From Nitrospirota bacterium (GTDB lineage Bacteria; Nitrospirota; UBA9217), in the NCBI GenBank assembly GCA_963845065.1, contig CAWJQQ010000001.1, forward strand, positions 64,001 through 128,000: DNA of 64,000 bases, read 5' to 3'. Positions 42,683 to 52,674 of the stretch are shown here, piece after piece. Made by a program: the position numbers and the translations under genes. Within the stretch, counting starts at the first letter, position 1, and each line of letters opens with the position of its first letter. The notes below the pieces were generated by a model, which was not told the DNA's origin, searched no databases, and was given only the letters and a program-made list of their open reading frames with translations.

Positions 42683-44116
42683 TCACTGCTGAAAGCAATA
42701 TAGACGCGCAGTATTCGTGCAAACATAAGAGCCATCGCTCGTCCACTCTGAATTTGGATATTGTAAATACCCAACTGCACCCGAATAGCCGGATGTACCG
42801 GAGGTCCAATTGTTGCAGTCGTTGGTTGAAATGCTGGTTACAGCTGTACCATTAGCATTTGTACCCGTCCACACATACGATGCAGCTACGGCAACCCCGT
42901 TTTGGTCATGCATGATAGCGTTTTGGAGTGTCCCTGAAGTCAACTGAGTCCAATTATTCGCAATGACTGTGCCGTCTAGAGTGACGTAGGGGATGGTATT
43001 CTGCGTAAATCTTGTCGATGGAGACGTGGCAGCGTCCGATAACCACGCCAACCAGTTACCGGTTAAACCAGCGCTTTGAGCGAAAGACAAACAACCCGCA
43101 TCACCTCCCGCTGCCCCGACCGGTTGACTCGAACTCCATGTAAAAGTTTCGCTTGTCACGAATACCAATTTGATCGGCGAAAAAATCGCGTACAGCGTAA
43201 CATTTGCTGAACCCATCGCAAAGGTCTGCCCCACCGTATAAGCCGTTCCGGATCCGTTGGCCTCCGTGTTCCAGTTCATGAATAACTCCTCGGCTTTGAT
43301 GAGATTGCATGTATATCCCTTCACAGTGACGGTCTGGCTCGTCAAGTAGTGGGTCCCATCAGTCGGGGCTGTGCAGGCGGTAAGGCCGTTGCCGTTATAA
43401 GTAACGGTAAATGTAGGTTGTACTGTCCAGAGAGCGTACAAGGTAACACTTGCTGAGCCCATCGTGAAGGTCTGCCCCGCCGTATAGGTCGTTCCGGTTC
43501 CGTTAGCCTGCGTGTTCCAGCCAGTGAAGGTATCTCCGGTTTTCGCGAGGTTGCCATTCCCGAGCACCGTGACAGTCTGCCCAATGTCGTATTTGTTAGA
43601 ATCGACCGGAACGCTGCCGCTGGTGCTGCCGTTGCCGCTATAGGTCACCGTGAGAAGACCGCTTCCGGATGTCTTCGTTATGGTTCCCGTCGAAGTTCCG
43701 GTGCAAGTCGCCGTGGGTGTGATACACTGCCAGCTCGAAGTGTAACTCCCGGCAGTCTCAGAACTTAGCGTAATGGTGACTGATTCTGGGTGCGTCCCGT
43801 TGCAGTTAGAACCAGGCGCGTTACTGCTCGAATACGTTATCACATTTCCGCTTATCGTGGCGGTGAATTGGTCTCCTTGAGAGTCCGTCGCATTGAGAGT
43901 ATTGCCCGATTGAGTATTTACAGTAAATGTGTTCGAATTTAGCGTGCAGCAGGACTGAGGCTGACAATTCGTATCAGCTTGTTTCCACGCACCTGCTATA
44001 TCATTATATGCCGCGGGCTGCAACGAGCTCCCACCTCCGCCTCCACCCCCGCCGCAGTCGCCAAGCAGAACCACCGTCGAAAGAACCAGAATCAAAATAC
44101 CGAAGAATCGTTTCAT
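42683..44116 (-). CDS. exported/lipoprotein with 2 InlB B-type repeats and a DUF1554-like C-terminal domain
   Basis: TVTY.GNG..F.GWNT.ANG.G..TLYA.W repeats; VFVTS..GD..C..A..WLAWLS..WTG..C..WTS..LYCFQQ. Confidence 0.8.
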   Translation of the reverse strand: MKRFFGILILVLSTVVLLGDCGGGGGGGGSSLQPAAYNDIAGAWKQADTNCQPQSCCTLNSNTFTVNTQSGNTLNATDSQGDQFTATISGNVITYSSSNAPGSNCNGTHPESVTITLSSETAGSYTSSWQCITPTATCTGTSTGTITKTSGSGLLTVTYSGNGSTSGSVPVDSNKYDIGQTVTVLGNGNLAKTGDTFTGWNTQANGTGTTYTAGQTFTMGSASVTLYALWTVQPTFTVTYNGNGLTACTAPTDGTHYLTSQTVTVKGYTCNLIKAEELFMNWNTEANGSGTAYTVGQTFAMGSANVTLYAIFSPIKLVFVTSETFTWSSSQPVGAAGGDAGCLSFAQSAGLTGNWLAWLSDAATSPSTRFTQNTIPYVTLDGTVIANNWTQLTSGTLQNAIMHDQNGVAVAASYVWTGTNANGTAVTSISTNDCNNWTSGTSGYSGAVGYLQYPNSEWTSDGSYVCTNTARLYCFQQ

Positions 44117-44248
44117 GATTTCCTCCTATCTGATACTGCCGTATTGCCCAGCGCTACTGTAGCGCAATGCCTTCTGGGCCTCTCAAAACCGTGCTTGCGG
44201 AAGATGTGCTAACGACCAGTTTATGATACCAAGAATTTTGCGGCTTTA

Positions 44249-46267
44249 TTATTTTGGTGATTTCTTTATAGAACCGGTACCAATTTCTGCCCAGTAAACA
44301 CTAGTGGAATCAACGGCAATGCCAAAGGGGAAATTAAGCCCGGCAGCAATGGTCGCCACAGTCCCGCCGTTTTTGCTTACCATTTTTACGTTACCGCTAG
44401 TATATTCTGTCCAATAAACATTATTAGAATCAATTGCAATGCCATTTGCACCATTCGCAGAGGCAAGTGTAGTAACAGTTCCACCATTTATACTGACTGC
44501 ATATAAATACCCAGAGGCGTCTGTCCAATATACGTTATTTGAATCTACAGCAATCGCATTGGCAGAATAGTTGGCTGCTGTAAGCGATGAAGATGCCGCT
44601 CCTGATTTGAGAGACTTAATTATATGCGTAGCGCAGAAATATATAGTTGTGGAGTCTTCAGCAAAACCCGGTGCCGCAGTAGTATAGTTTTCTCCTAAAA
44701 GGCTTGGAGTCCCACCATTTAATCCTACGTTGGAAATTCCTGCATATCCAAAGGATCCCGATTTCAGAGTTCCAAGCCACCAAACGTTTGTGGTATCTAC
44801 GACAATTTGACCGAATCCAACTGACGTCTCCGCCCATATCCCGTCATAGCCTTCATTAATGGGGTCAGTGTAAGGTGCTAATAATGTTATGGACCCACCA
44901 ATTATGGGTGCTTTTTCTACATTTCCATTTGGATAACCAGTTGTAGTAAAATATACGCTGGTTGAATCTATAGTAAAGCCAATTATCTTCTGAGTATTAG
45001 TAGAACTTGACACAATGGTTGTTATCGCCCCTCCGTTAGTTGGCATTTTCTTTATAGTGTAGATTTCATTCCAATAGATATTGCCATTGGAATCAAGTGC
45101 AATATTCATATTGGTAGGTGAACTAAGTCCTGATGCAAGAATCAGTGGAGGTGTAGCGCTGACTTGAACGGATGCTAGACTTTCACCGTTTGAATCCACT
45201 GCTGTTATAATGTAATAATAAGTTGTACCGGCAGTTAGTCCGGTATGAGTATACGTCGTGCTTGTAATATTGGATATTAAAGTACCTGTAGATTTAGAAA
45301 CTCCTGATGTTGTAGACCAATAGAGATTATATGAGGTAGCATTAGCTACAGGATTCCAGCTTAAGCTAACCTGATTGTTTCCAGCGATTGCGGTAAGACC
45401 AGTGGGTGCGCTGGAGGCAGAAGCTACCCACTTTGCATACAGAGTGACATTTGCCGAACCCATTATAAAGGTCTGCGCCTGCGTATAGGTCGTACCAGTC
45501 CCATTAGACAGTGTGTTCCACCCTGCGAAAGAATACCCAGTATTTACGAGGTTTCCTGTATTGCCGAGCACTGTAACTGTCTGGCCTTGCTCGTAGTTAG
45601 TTGTGTCAATAGGGACGTTGCCGCCGGTATTGCCGTTGCCGCCATAAGTTACAGTGTATGTGGTATTAGTAGTCCACTTTGCATACAGAGTGACATTTGC
45701 CGAACCCATTATAAAGGTCTGCCCTTGAGTATAGGTGATTCCGGATCCGTTAACCTGCGTGCTCCATCCTATGAAAGAATACCCGGGATTTACGAGACTT
45801 CCTGTATTTCCGAGCACTGTAACTGTCTGGCCTTGCTCGTAGTTAGTTGCGTCAATGGGGACGTTGCCGCCGGTATTGCCGTTGCCGCTATAAGTTACAG
45901 TGTATGTGGTATTAGCAGTCCACTTTGCATACAGAGTGACATTTGCCGAACCCATTATAAAGGTCTGCGCCTGCGTATAGGTCGTTCCTAACCCGTTCGC
46001 CTGCGTGTTCCAGCCTGCGAAAGAATACCCGGGATGTACGAGGCCGCCTGTGTTGCCAAGTACTGTGACGGTCTGATCCTGCTGATAATCGGTTGAGTCA
46101 ATCGGCACTCTGCCGCCGGTATTGCCATTACCAATATAGGTTACGGAATATGTTGACGAGCTGTTACTGTTCGGAGTCGCACTCCCACCACTGCCTCCCG
46201 CGCTGCACGCGGCGAGCATTGCCCCCGAACATAGAACGACTAATAGTGCGCTCAACAATCTTCTCAT
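44249..46267 (-). CDS. lipoprotein with 3 InlB B-type repeats, FN3 domain and beta-propeller
   Basis: lipobox LAAC; 246-bp repeats; APTGLTA..VSLSW..YNLYW FN3; IAVDS..VYW blades. Confidence 0.85.
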   Translation of the reverse strand: MRRLLSALLVVLCSGAMLAACSAGGSGGSATPNSNSSSTYSVTYIGNGNTGGRVPIDSTDYQQDQTVTVLGNTGGLVHPGYSFAGWNTQANGLGTTYTQAQTFIMGSANVTLYAKWTANTTYTVTYSGNGNTGGNVPIDATNYEQGQTVTVLGNTGSLVNPGYSFIGWSTQVNGSGITYTQGQTFIMGSANVTLYAKWTTNTTYTVTYGGNGNTGGNVPIDTTNYEQGQTVTVLGNTGNLVNTGYSFAGWNTLSNGTGTTYTQAQTFIMGSANVTLYAKWVASASSAPTGLTAIAGNNQVSLSWNPVANATSYNLYWSTTSGVSKSTGTLISNITSTTYTHTGLTAGTTYYYIITAVDSNGESLASVQVSATPPLILASGLSSPTNMNIALDSNGNIYWNEIYTIKKMPTNGGAITTIVSSSTNTQKIIGFTIDSTSVYFTTTGYPNGNVEKAPIIGGSITLLAPYTDPINEGYDGIWAETSVGFGQIVVDTTNVWWLGTLKSGSFGYAGISNVGLNGGTPSLLGENYTTAAPGFAEDSTTIYFCATHIIKSLKSGAASSSLTAANYSANAIAVDSNNVYWTDASGYLYAVSINGGTVTTLASANGANGIAIDSNNVYWTEYTSGNVKMVSKNGGTVATIAAGLNFPFGIAVDSTSVYWAEIGTGSIKKSPK
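45425..46155 (-). repeat. three tandem 246-bp (82-aa) coding repeats
   Basis: CTTTGCATACAGAGTGACATTTGCCGAACC at 45431, 45677, 45923. Confidence 0.9.
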
Positions 46268-46447
46268 CACAATTCTCCTTAAAAATAGAATGCGTTTTCT
46301 CAAGGCAAGCAATATAAAACGCTAAGAAAATAATTGAAGGTTAACCGTATATTGTCCCTGCCACTGTAATACAATACTTCCATTTACGCTTAGATCACTA
46401 TGTACCTCTCTTCCCCATAAAGCATACATGCACAAATTTTGTGCTGT

Positions 46448-49369
46448 TTACCATCTGATCCCCACGCCTATCTGCGGATTGCCGTTCTGGGTCATGAAAA
46501 CAAACGTGCTGCCGTCAGCGATCACGCTCCCGATCTGCCCTTCGCTCGTTGTGAAGATTCCGTCCACCGCAACCGAGTACGTGCCGGATTTTGAAACCGT
46601 AGATAAGGTCCCGTCGGTGTTTCGCATGCTCGTATAAGTGTAGCCTCCTACGCCGTCGAAGGTGATCGTATCAAATTCGTCCCTGAATCCCGATGGGCTC
46701 GGTAACGGGGTGCCCTGAGCCGGCGTCACGTTCTGGAGCGCAGATTCGTTGAATGAATACGCCACACACGCGTAGTCCCCAGTGAGGCTTGCGTTGCTGA
46801 AACTCCCGCCATTATTTATCCCCATACCAATATGCGGATTGCCGTTCTGGGTCATGAAAACAAACGTGCTGCCGTTAGCGAGCACGCTCCCGGTCTGTCC
46901 TTCGCTCGTTGTGAAGGTTCCGTCCGCCGCAACCGAGTACGTGCCGGAACTTGAAACCGTAGATAAGGTCCCATCGGTGTTTTGCGTCATCGTATAAGTG
47001 TAGACTCCCGCGCCGTCGAAGGTGATCGTGCCAAAATCGGCACTGAATCCCAATGGGCTCGGTAACGGGGTGCCCTGAGCCGGCGTCGCGTTCTGGGGCG
47101 TAGACGCCTTGAATGAATACTCCACATACGCGTAGCCGCCAGTAAGGCTTGCGTTGTTGAAAATTCCTCTATTTAATATTCCCACGCCTATCTGCGGATT
47201 GCCGCTCAAGGTCATTAAAACAGTTGTGTTGCCGTCAGCGAGCAAGCTCCCGGTCAGTCCTTCGCTCGTTGTGAAGTTTCCGTCCCCCTCAATCACGTAC
47301 GTTCCGATACCTGAACTCGTAGATAAGGTTCCGTCGGTGTTTCGCGTCTTCGTATAAGCGTAGCCTCCCACGCCGTCGAAGGTGATCGTTTCAAAATCGT
47401 CCCTGAATCCCAATGGGCTTGGTAACGGGGTGTCCTGAGCCGGCGTCGCGTTCTGGGGCGTAGATTCGTTGAATGAATACGCCACTGCCGTGTAGCTGCC
47501 ACAAAGGGGTAATAGTACAGTTTCACGCAGGAATCCTGTATATCCTGTGGAAATGCCCCACTCTTGAGACCCGTCTGCAACAGATCCAGTAGCGGCTGAC
47601 ACGATGGTTACTAGTTCTGCACTGCACGTTCCTGAAGGAATTGAAAGCGTCGGACTCCCGTAAAGAACAAGGTTATCACTGTTAAATCTCCCATTAGTGA
47701 TCGGTGCATACCCGATATAACCTCCATTTATATAGAAATATGCGCCTGATGTTGTATCTGTCGCGTCACTCTGGACACTGCCATTAACGACAATGTTTCT
47801 AGACGGATCAACAGCATAAGTATTATCTGGATAATCAGAAGCCGGCTGTCCGTCTACGTAAGCAATGGTGGTGAGGGTGGGGATAGTGTTAAAATATTTA
47901 TCTGGCCATCCACTTTGTGCAGATGTCAATATATTTTGAAGTGTCGTTGTAGAGAAGTGATTAGATATCGCATCGAACGTGAACAGTGTGTATGTCACGG
48001 TGGGACTTGAGTAGACCCTACCGTTCGCGAAAGAGGCTTGCTGAAATGGCCAGATGTATGGCTGAAACTTTTGTCTCATGATGTCATACGTGATTGTATT
48101 ATTTGTGATGGGCCAAGTGGGGTCGTAGATTAGGAAACTCCCGAGGGTTGAGCCATTGAGTGGAGGGGAGTAGCCATACACGAGTACAGAGTGTGAGAAT
48201 CCATAGTCATACCAGTTTCTGATTTGATAGAGGGTCAATAGTTGCGGAGTATTTTCCTTTTGAAGCGTTTGTAGTAGCGTGTTTGCCGTCATGGAATCGA
48301 CGACGTTGGGTGCCATGTAGCTGCTATTGCCTGGAGTAACCGGCAGGTTAGTAACGTACACGTTGTCTTCATACGTAAGAATGTAGGTATCAAAAATGAG
48401 TTCTCGAGCAATATCTTGCTCAATGGGATTCGACATGTATGGACTCGTTTCACCAAAATAGTAGTTGTAGAGATGTTGAGACGGCGATCCAACTATGTGA
48501 TTTTCAAGCTTATTGAAGTAAAATGCGGCGAAAGATGTCATACCATAGCATAAACCACCAGCACCAAATGTAGCAAGTGAAACGTCAACGCTTTGCGTGG
48601 TGAAGTTGTTCACCGCAAAACCGTCTAAGCTTGGAGCAAAACCACCGTTTAAACCTGCAAGTGCGCCGCCGACCATGCCGTTGCCCGCGATCGGCACGGA
48701 TATGGTTCCGGTTGTGATTAGCGCATTAATAAAAGTTGATACAATGAAGGATGTAAAGTGCTTCGTATTAAATGTGATGGTACCTGCGGCCCGATCAAGC
48801 CCGACCACCTGCACGGCCTCATACTGACCGAGAATGGGATCCCAGTAGTCGACTATAGGAATCCCGGTCTGGCTTAATAAAGTCGTATTGTAGGGAACCG
48901 TCACCTGAACAATGGAGGCGAATGGAGTTGTAGCTGTCTGGGTAAGCTCGATGGTCTCGGAGACAACGGTGACCCCGGCGGCAACAGCATCCGGATCAAG
49001 AGGGCCTGGGAGAGTATCCGTGTATCCGATCGAAATCGTGTTCGTACCGTTTGTTCCCAGCGTATTTGCAGGAATGTATATCGTCGTGCCGTGCAGTGCA
49101 TTGCCCGGCGATTGGATGATAATTGTTGAATTTTTCGTTACGTCCACAGCTTGAGTCGCGATCACACCGGGTCCGGTACTTACGGAAGGTGTGTAAGTAA
49201 CAGAGCTAATTACATTGCTTCCTCCATTACCTCCGCCACTGGAGCACGCGGCCAGTAAGAACACCACTACAAGCAGTTCTACCTGAATTAGTCTCGCGAA
49301 GAACTTCCGTCGTTTTTTTATTTGCTTGAAGTCGAAGGACCCCATAAATATATTGATCATCTTTTTCAT
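46448..49369 (-). CDS. large surface lipoprotein with three C-terminal 120-aa repeats
   Basis: LAAC lipobox; central CYGM..HSVLVYG..YDP papain-like pattern; repeats YSF.ES.PQN.TPAQ.TPLPSP. Confidence 0.8.
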   Translation of the reverse strand: MKKMINIFMGSFDFKQIKKRRKFFARLIQVELLVVVFLLAACSSGGGNGGSNVISSVTYTPSVSTGPGVIATQAVDVTKNSTIIIQSPGNALHGTTIYIPANTLGTNGTNTISIGYTDTLPGPLDPDAVAAGVTVVSETIELTQTATTPFASIVQVTVPYNTTLLSQTGIPIVDYWDPILGQYEAVQVVGLDRAAGTITFNTKHFTSFIVSTFINALITTGTISVPIAGNGMVGGALAGLNGGFAPSLDGFAVNNFTTQSVDVSLATFGAGGLCYGMTSFAAFYFNKLENHIVGSPSQHLYNYYFGETSPYMSNPIEQDIARELIFDTYILTYEDNVYVTNLPVTPGNSSYMAPNVVDSMTANTLLQTLQKENTPQLLTLYQIRNWYDYGFSHSVLVYGYSPPLNGSTLGSFLIYDPTWPITNNTITYDIMRQKFQPYIWPFQQASFANGRVYSSPTVTYTLFTFDAISNHFSTTTLQNILTSAQSGWPDKYFNTIPTLTTIAYVDGQPASDYPDNTYAVDPSRNIVVNGSVQSDATDTTSGAYFYINGGYIGYAPITNGRFNSDNLVLYGSPTLSIPSGTCSAELVTIVSAATGSVADGSQEWGISTGYTGFLRETVLLPLCGSYTAVAYSFNESTPQNATPAQDTPLPSPLGFRDDFETITFDGVGGYAYTKTRNTDGTLSTSSGIGTYVIEGDGNFTTSEGLTGSLLADGNTTVLMTLSGNPQIGVGILNRGIFNNASLTGGYAYVEYSFKASTPQNATPAQGTPLPSPLGFSADFGTITFDGAGVYTYTMTQNTDGTLSTVSSSGTYSVAADGTFTTSEGQTGSVLANGSTFVFMTQNGNPHIGMGINNGGSFSNASLTGDYACVAYSFNESALQNVTPAQGTPLPSPSGFRDEFDTITFDGVGGYTYTSMRNTDGTLSTVSKSGTYSVAVDGIFTTSEGQIGSVIADGSTFVFMTQNGNPQIGVGIRW
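46450..47495 (-). repeat. three tandem 360-bp coding repeats
   Basis: GAATGAATAC at 46751, 47111, 47471. Confidence 0.9.
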
Positions 49370-49574
49370 AACATCCTCCTTGAGGAGATTATGCAGGTTT
49401 CGCAATTTGATGATGCAACCTAGCGCTTTGTCATAATTCTAAAGGTCGTTAAAAAATTGTGATTGAGTTCTTATGCCGTAATTCCCGTCTAAAAAAACTT
49501 TTTAATCCACAATCGGCAATCTGTCTTACATCCTGTTCCCACTCGCATTTCCATATTGCATGATCGGGCGATAA

Positions 49575-49685
49575 ATAAAAAAGCCGAGCACATCAAAGGC
49601 AGCATCCTTCGGCAGCTCGACCGTCTTGGTTTTTTAAGACCCGTGGTTTTCCGTCCCCCTCTTGCGAAGGGTTTAGTTTATCGTG
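49575..49685 (-). promoter_or_regulatory. GEMM-I cyclic dinucleotide riboswitch (predicted GEMM-Ib/cGAMP type) with intrinsic terminator
   Basis: CGATAAACTAAACCCTTC-GCAA-GAGGGGGACGGAAAACCACGGGTCTT..AAGACGGTCGAGCTGCCGAA then GCTCGGCTTTTTT; upstream of lipoprotein cluster. Confidence 0.85.
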
Positions 49686-50196
49686 ATAGATTATTTATCA
49701 CAAGAAAATGGAACGCAATATATGTACGTATTCTGATATTTAATTTTTTTACGAAATGGAGTAAGTTATTCTAAAAATCTACTACTATTGTAGCACAGAA
49801 ATAAAAATCGCAATGGGGTATTTTTTGGGTATTGCATAAAATAACAATGATGAGCGGGTTTAACAGACAAGAATCAATAAGGATTGTGACGACATCTTCA
49901 CGTCGTACTCAATCCATAATTCAAGAAGCCCGGAGCGGCAGGATGATGACCGATGGTCTCTATATATAGGGTAATGCTTCGAGGGGTCGTTTTTGGTTAA
50001 AGCCTGAATGGGCAGTTTATGGAGAGTGAGAGCTCGTGTCGGTCTGATTATAAAAAAACAAACGTGATTCCCATTATACTCACACGCAGAAATCATCGCC
50101 TGATCCGCTCGCGCGGCCGAACGGGAGCGTTGACCCGCAGATGATGCCTGCGGGATCTTACACGAGAAACACGTGGTGAATCAAAATCGTCGGATG

Positions 50197-51297
50197 CTAT
50201 CCGGCGCGTGCCAGGTGCTGCGGCGGCGGAGAAATCGAAATCACTTTGAGAAAGCCACCGCAGCACCCGCATGTTGGATGAGGCATTGGGGGCGTCTGTT
50301 CGACTTCAGACATCGTCACCTCAAATCCATAAGCCAGCTCAATCAGCGTCCTGATGTTCTCAAGCGGGACTTTGCAGGTCGGGCTTAAGAAGCCGTAATA
50401 TCGCACCTTCATGAACCCCGTCGGTAGAACGTGCTGGAGGAAGCGACGCATAAATTCCATCACCTCAAGTTCCAGCGTTCTCCAGCGATTGCTATTGGTC
50501 TTTTTGTAATGAATGAAGATCTGACGATTCTCGACTTTCACGATCCGGCTGTTGGACAAGGCTACCCGAAAGACATAGGGGGCAAGATACTTGAGACTCC
50601 CTTCGCTGTCGCCCACGGCTTGCGAGTTCACGTTCCAGTCGATGCGCCAGACCTCTTCGGGGATTTGATCAAAAAGGCCTGCTTTTTTCATCTCATCCTT
50701 GAACTTCGCCCGGAAAATGGGAGATAGCGCTTGGACCGGCACATAGAAACCGGTTCCTGACGGTTTCCATGTTTTATCCTCGGACGAAAACGCCCCACCT
50801 ACGACGATATAGTGGACATGGGGGTGAAACTCCAGTGTTCTGCCCCATGTGTGCAGGACCCCGAAGAAGCCCGGCAGATCGCCGCCCATGAACTTGGGGT
50901 CGAGAACCAGCTTTTTCATAGCCGCTGAAGAAGCAGAAAACAAGGCAGCATAAGCTGCTCGTTGATTGCCTCTGATGAACCGACGAATCTGCTCGGGCAC
51001 CGTGAACGTGATCATGAAGTGATGTCCTGGCATCCGCCGATCAATCTGTTTTTCGAGCCACTGTCGGCTCTTATGATACTGGCAGGTCGGGCAGTGACGG
51101 TTGCCGCAAGAACGATGGATGGCATGGTCTTTCCCGCAGTCTTCGCAACGGAACCAGGTCGTCCCACAAGCTGGAGTGCGGCAGTTGATAATTGCGTCTA
51201 TTGCCTTGCGATGTTCCAGAGGAATCGCTTCGCCAAACCGTGACACGTACTCCGGGGCATAGGTGCGGAAAATCTCATTGATCGTGTCCATGGTCAA
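50197..51297 (-). CDS. IS91-family (Y2) transposase with Zn-binding N-domain
   Basis: SCGNRHCPTC, LHTWG..FHPHVH (HUH), YLAPY, FLQHVLP.GF..VRYYG. Confidence 0.92.
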   Translation of the reverse strand: MTMDTINEIFRTYAPEYVSRFGEAIPLEHRKAIDAIINCRTPACGTTWFRCEDCGKDHAIHRSCGNRHCPTCQYHKSRQWLEKQIDRRMPGHHFMITFTVPEQIRRFIRGNQRAAYAALFSASSAAMKKLVLDPKFMGGDLPGFFGVLHTWGRTLEFHPHVHYIVVGGAFSSEDKTWKPSGTGFYVPVQALSPIFRAKFKDEMKKAGLFDQIPEEVWRIDWNVNSQAVGDSEGSLKYLAPYVFRVALSNSRIVKVENRQIFIHYKKTNSNRWRTLELEVMEFMRRFLQHVLPTGFMKVRYYGFLSPTCKVPLENIRTLIELAYGFEVTMSEVEQTPPMPHPTCGCCGGFLKVISISPPPQHLARAG

Positions 51298-52169
51298 AAC
51301 CCCGTCATGAGCTGGTCGATGATTTTGTAAGCGTCTTCCTGACCCTTGGTGGTCAAATGTAGGTAAATCATCGTGGTCTCAAGGCTGGAGTGGCCCATAT
51401 ACTGCTGGATGACGCTCAGATTCACGCCGGCTTCGAGCAGGTGAGTAGCATAGGCGTGGCGAAGCGTGTGGATGGAGACGTTGCGTTTCTGAATACCCGC
51501 TGCGCGTACCGCGTTCTGAAGCGCCGCCTGCACCGTACTGTATGAAACCGGTTTCCGAATGTCCGAGCCATCTTTGTATATGCCCCGTGAGGGAAAAATC
51601 AATCGGGGGTTTTTGTGAGTGGCCCAATGCTTCCGCAAAAGAGCATACGTCGTACGGGGAAGCGGAACATAACGGTCTTTAGCGCCTTTCCCCCGGTGGA
51701 TATGGATCATCATACGGTGTTTATCGATGTCCGGGACTTCGAGGTGTAGCGCTTCCTGGAGCCGAAGGCCGCAGGAATAGACTGTGGAGAGGAAGGCGTG
51801 GTTGCGAGGAGACGTGACGCGGGAAAGGGTGGCGCGTACCTCTTCGATACTAAGCACAGTCGGAAGCCGGTGTTCAGTTTGCGCCCGAATGATGCTCAGG
51901 ATATGCCAGTCACGGCGCAGGACGTTCTCAAAGAAAAAGCGGATGCCGGCATAGCAGACAGCCATGGTTTTGGGCGCCCACTTGCGAACGTTCCTGCAAT
52001 GGAGGAAGTATTCCTGAAGCTCTTCTTCGGTGATGAGATCGGGGGTTTTGTTGCCGAAATGCTCAATGAGTAATCGGACTGCGCGTGTGTAACTTTCTTG
52101 CGTTGTGTCGCCCTTACCGCTCAGTTGCAGGGCTTCTTTGGACTTCTCGTACCAGTTTTCCATGACCAT
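51294..52169 (-). CDS. tyrosine recombinase (SAM_4-type N-domain)
   Basis: GLRLQE, GKGAKDR, HTLRHAYATHLLE, MGH, T.IY catalytic residues. Confidence 0.93.
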   Translation of the reverse strand: MVMENWYEKSKEALQLSGKGDTTQESYTRAVRLLIEHFGNKTPDLITEEELQEYFLHCRNVRKWAPKTMAVCYAGIRFFFENVLRRDWHILSIIRAQTEHRLPTVLSIEEVRATLSRVTSPRNHAFLSTVYSCGLRLQEALHLEVPDIDKHRMMIHIHRGKGAKDRYVPLPRTTYALLRKHWATHKNPRLIFPSRGIYKDGSDIRKPVSYSTVQAALQNAVRAAGIQKRNVSIHTLRHAYATHLLEAGVNLSVIQQYMGHSSLETTMIYLHLTTKGQEDAYKIIDQLMTGF

Positions 52170-52424
52170 ACTCTCCTTGTGCTACAAGATTGAACTGCAT
52201 TGGAGATGTATGGTAACACGGAGATTATTCAGGAAATATCAGACAAGGTGGGATGGACGCAGGATGGATGCTTTGCTCTTCTGCCGCGGAGCGGCTTACT
52301 TGAATACGGAATGAAGTTGTTACTGTTGCGATGACAGGAAACTCAACAGCTTCGGACGTCTGCGTTGATCGGCTGGTCACCGTTCATAATGGTCCTGCTG
52401 TCCAGCTCGCGTAGCGTCGTTCCT

Positions 52425-52581
52425 GCCGAACCCCAAAGCTCGTAATTCCATCCGATACTATTGCCCTATAACTATCCTGATACTGTCCTGTTAAGCCAAA
52501 CCGCGTTTCTCGAGTCTTAAGCCCTTGATTTGATGGCCTTGGAAATAGCTATTTCATCCCTGGAGGTGACCTACCCAAAGT
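52425..52581 (+). repeat. att-like unit A6 (near-duplicate of A3 including upstream flank)
   Basis: TATCCTGATACTGTCCTGTTAA; TAAGCCCTTGATT; core CCTGGAGG-TGACCTA-CCCAAAGT. Confidence 0.85.
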
Positions 52582-52674
52582 GTGTGATTTTTTTGCTTAT
52601 CTTATTATGAGTTCAAATAAAAGAGAATAATGATTCTTGACAAGTGTACCAAATATGGTACAATAAAATTTTGC

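Larger units (their letters stand above)
50100..52305 (-). mobile_element. IS91-like element encoding tyrosine recombinase + Y2 transposase
   Basis: coupled int/tnp genes; terminal CTGCCGCGGAGCGGCTTACTTGAA hairpin (52281-52304); ends approximate. Confidence 0.75.

Noticed and set aside
44249..47495. Diversity-generating retroelement TR/VR pair among the lipoprotein repeats
   Set aside because: Repeats are in-frame tandem domains, differences are not adenine-specific, and no reverse transcriptase is present.
51294..52169. This tyrosine recombinase as the cognate integrase for the A/B att units
   Set aside because: 291 aa with no evident N-terminal arm-binding domain, and coupled to a Y2 transposase as part of its own element; not formally excluded.
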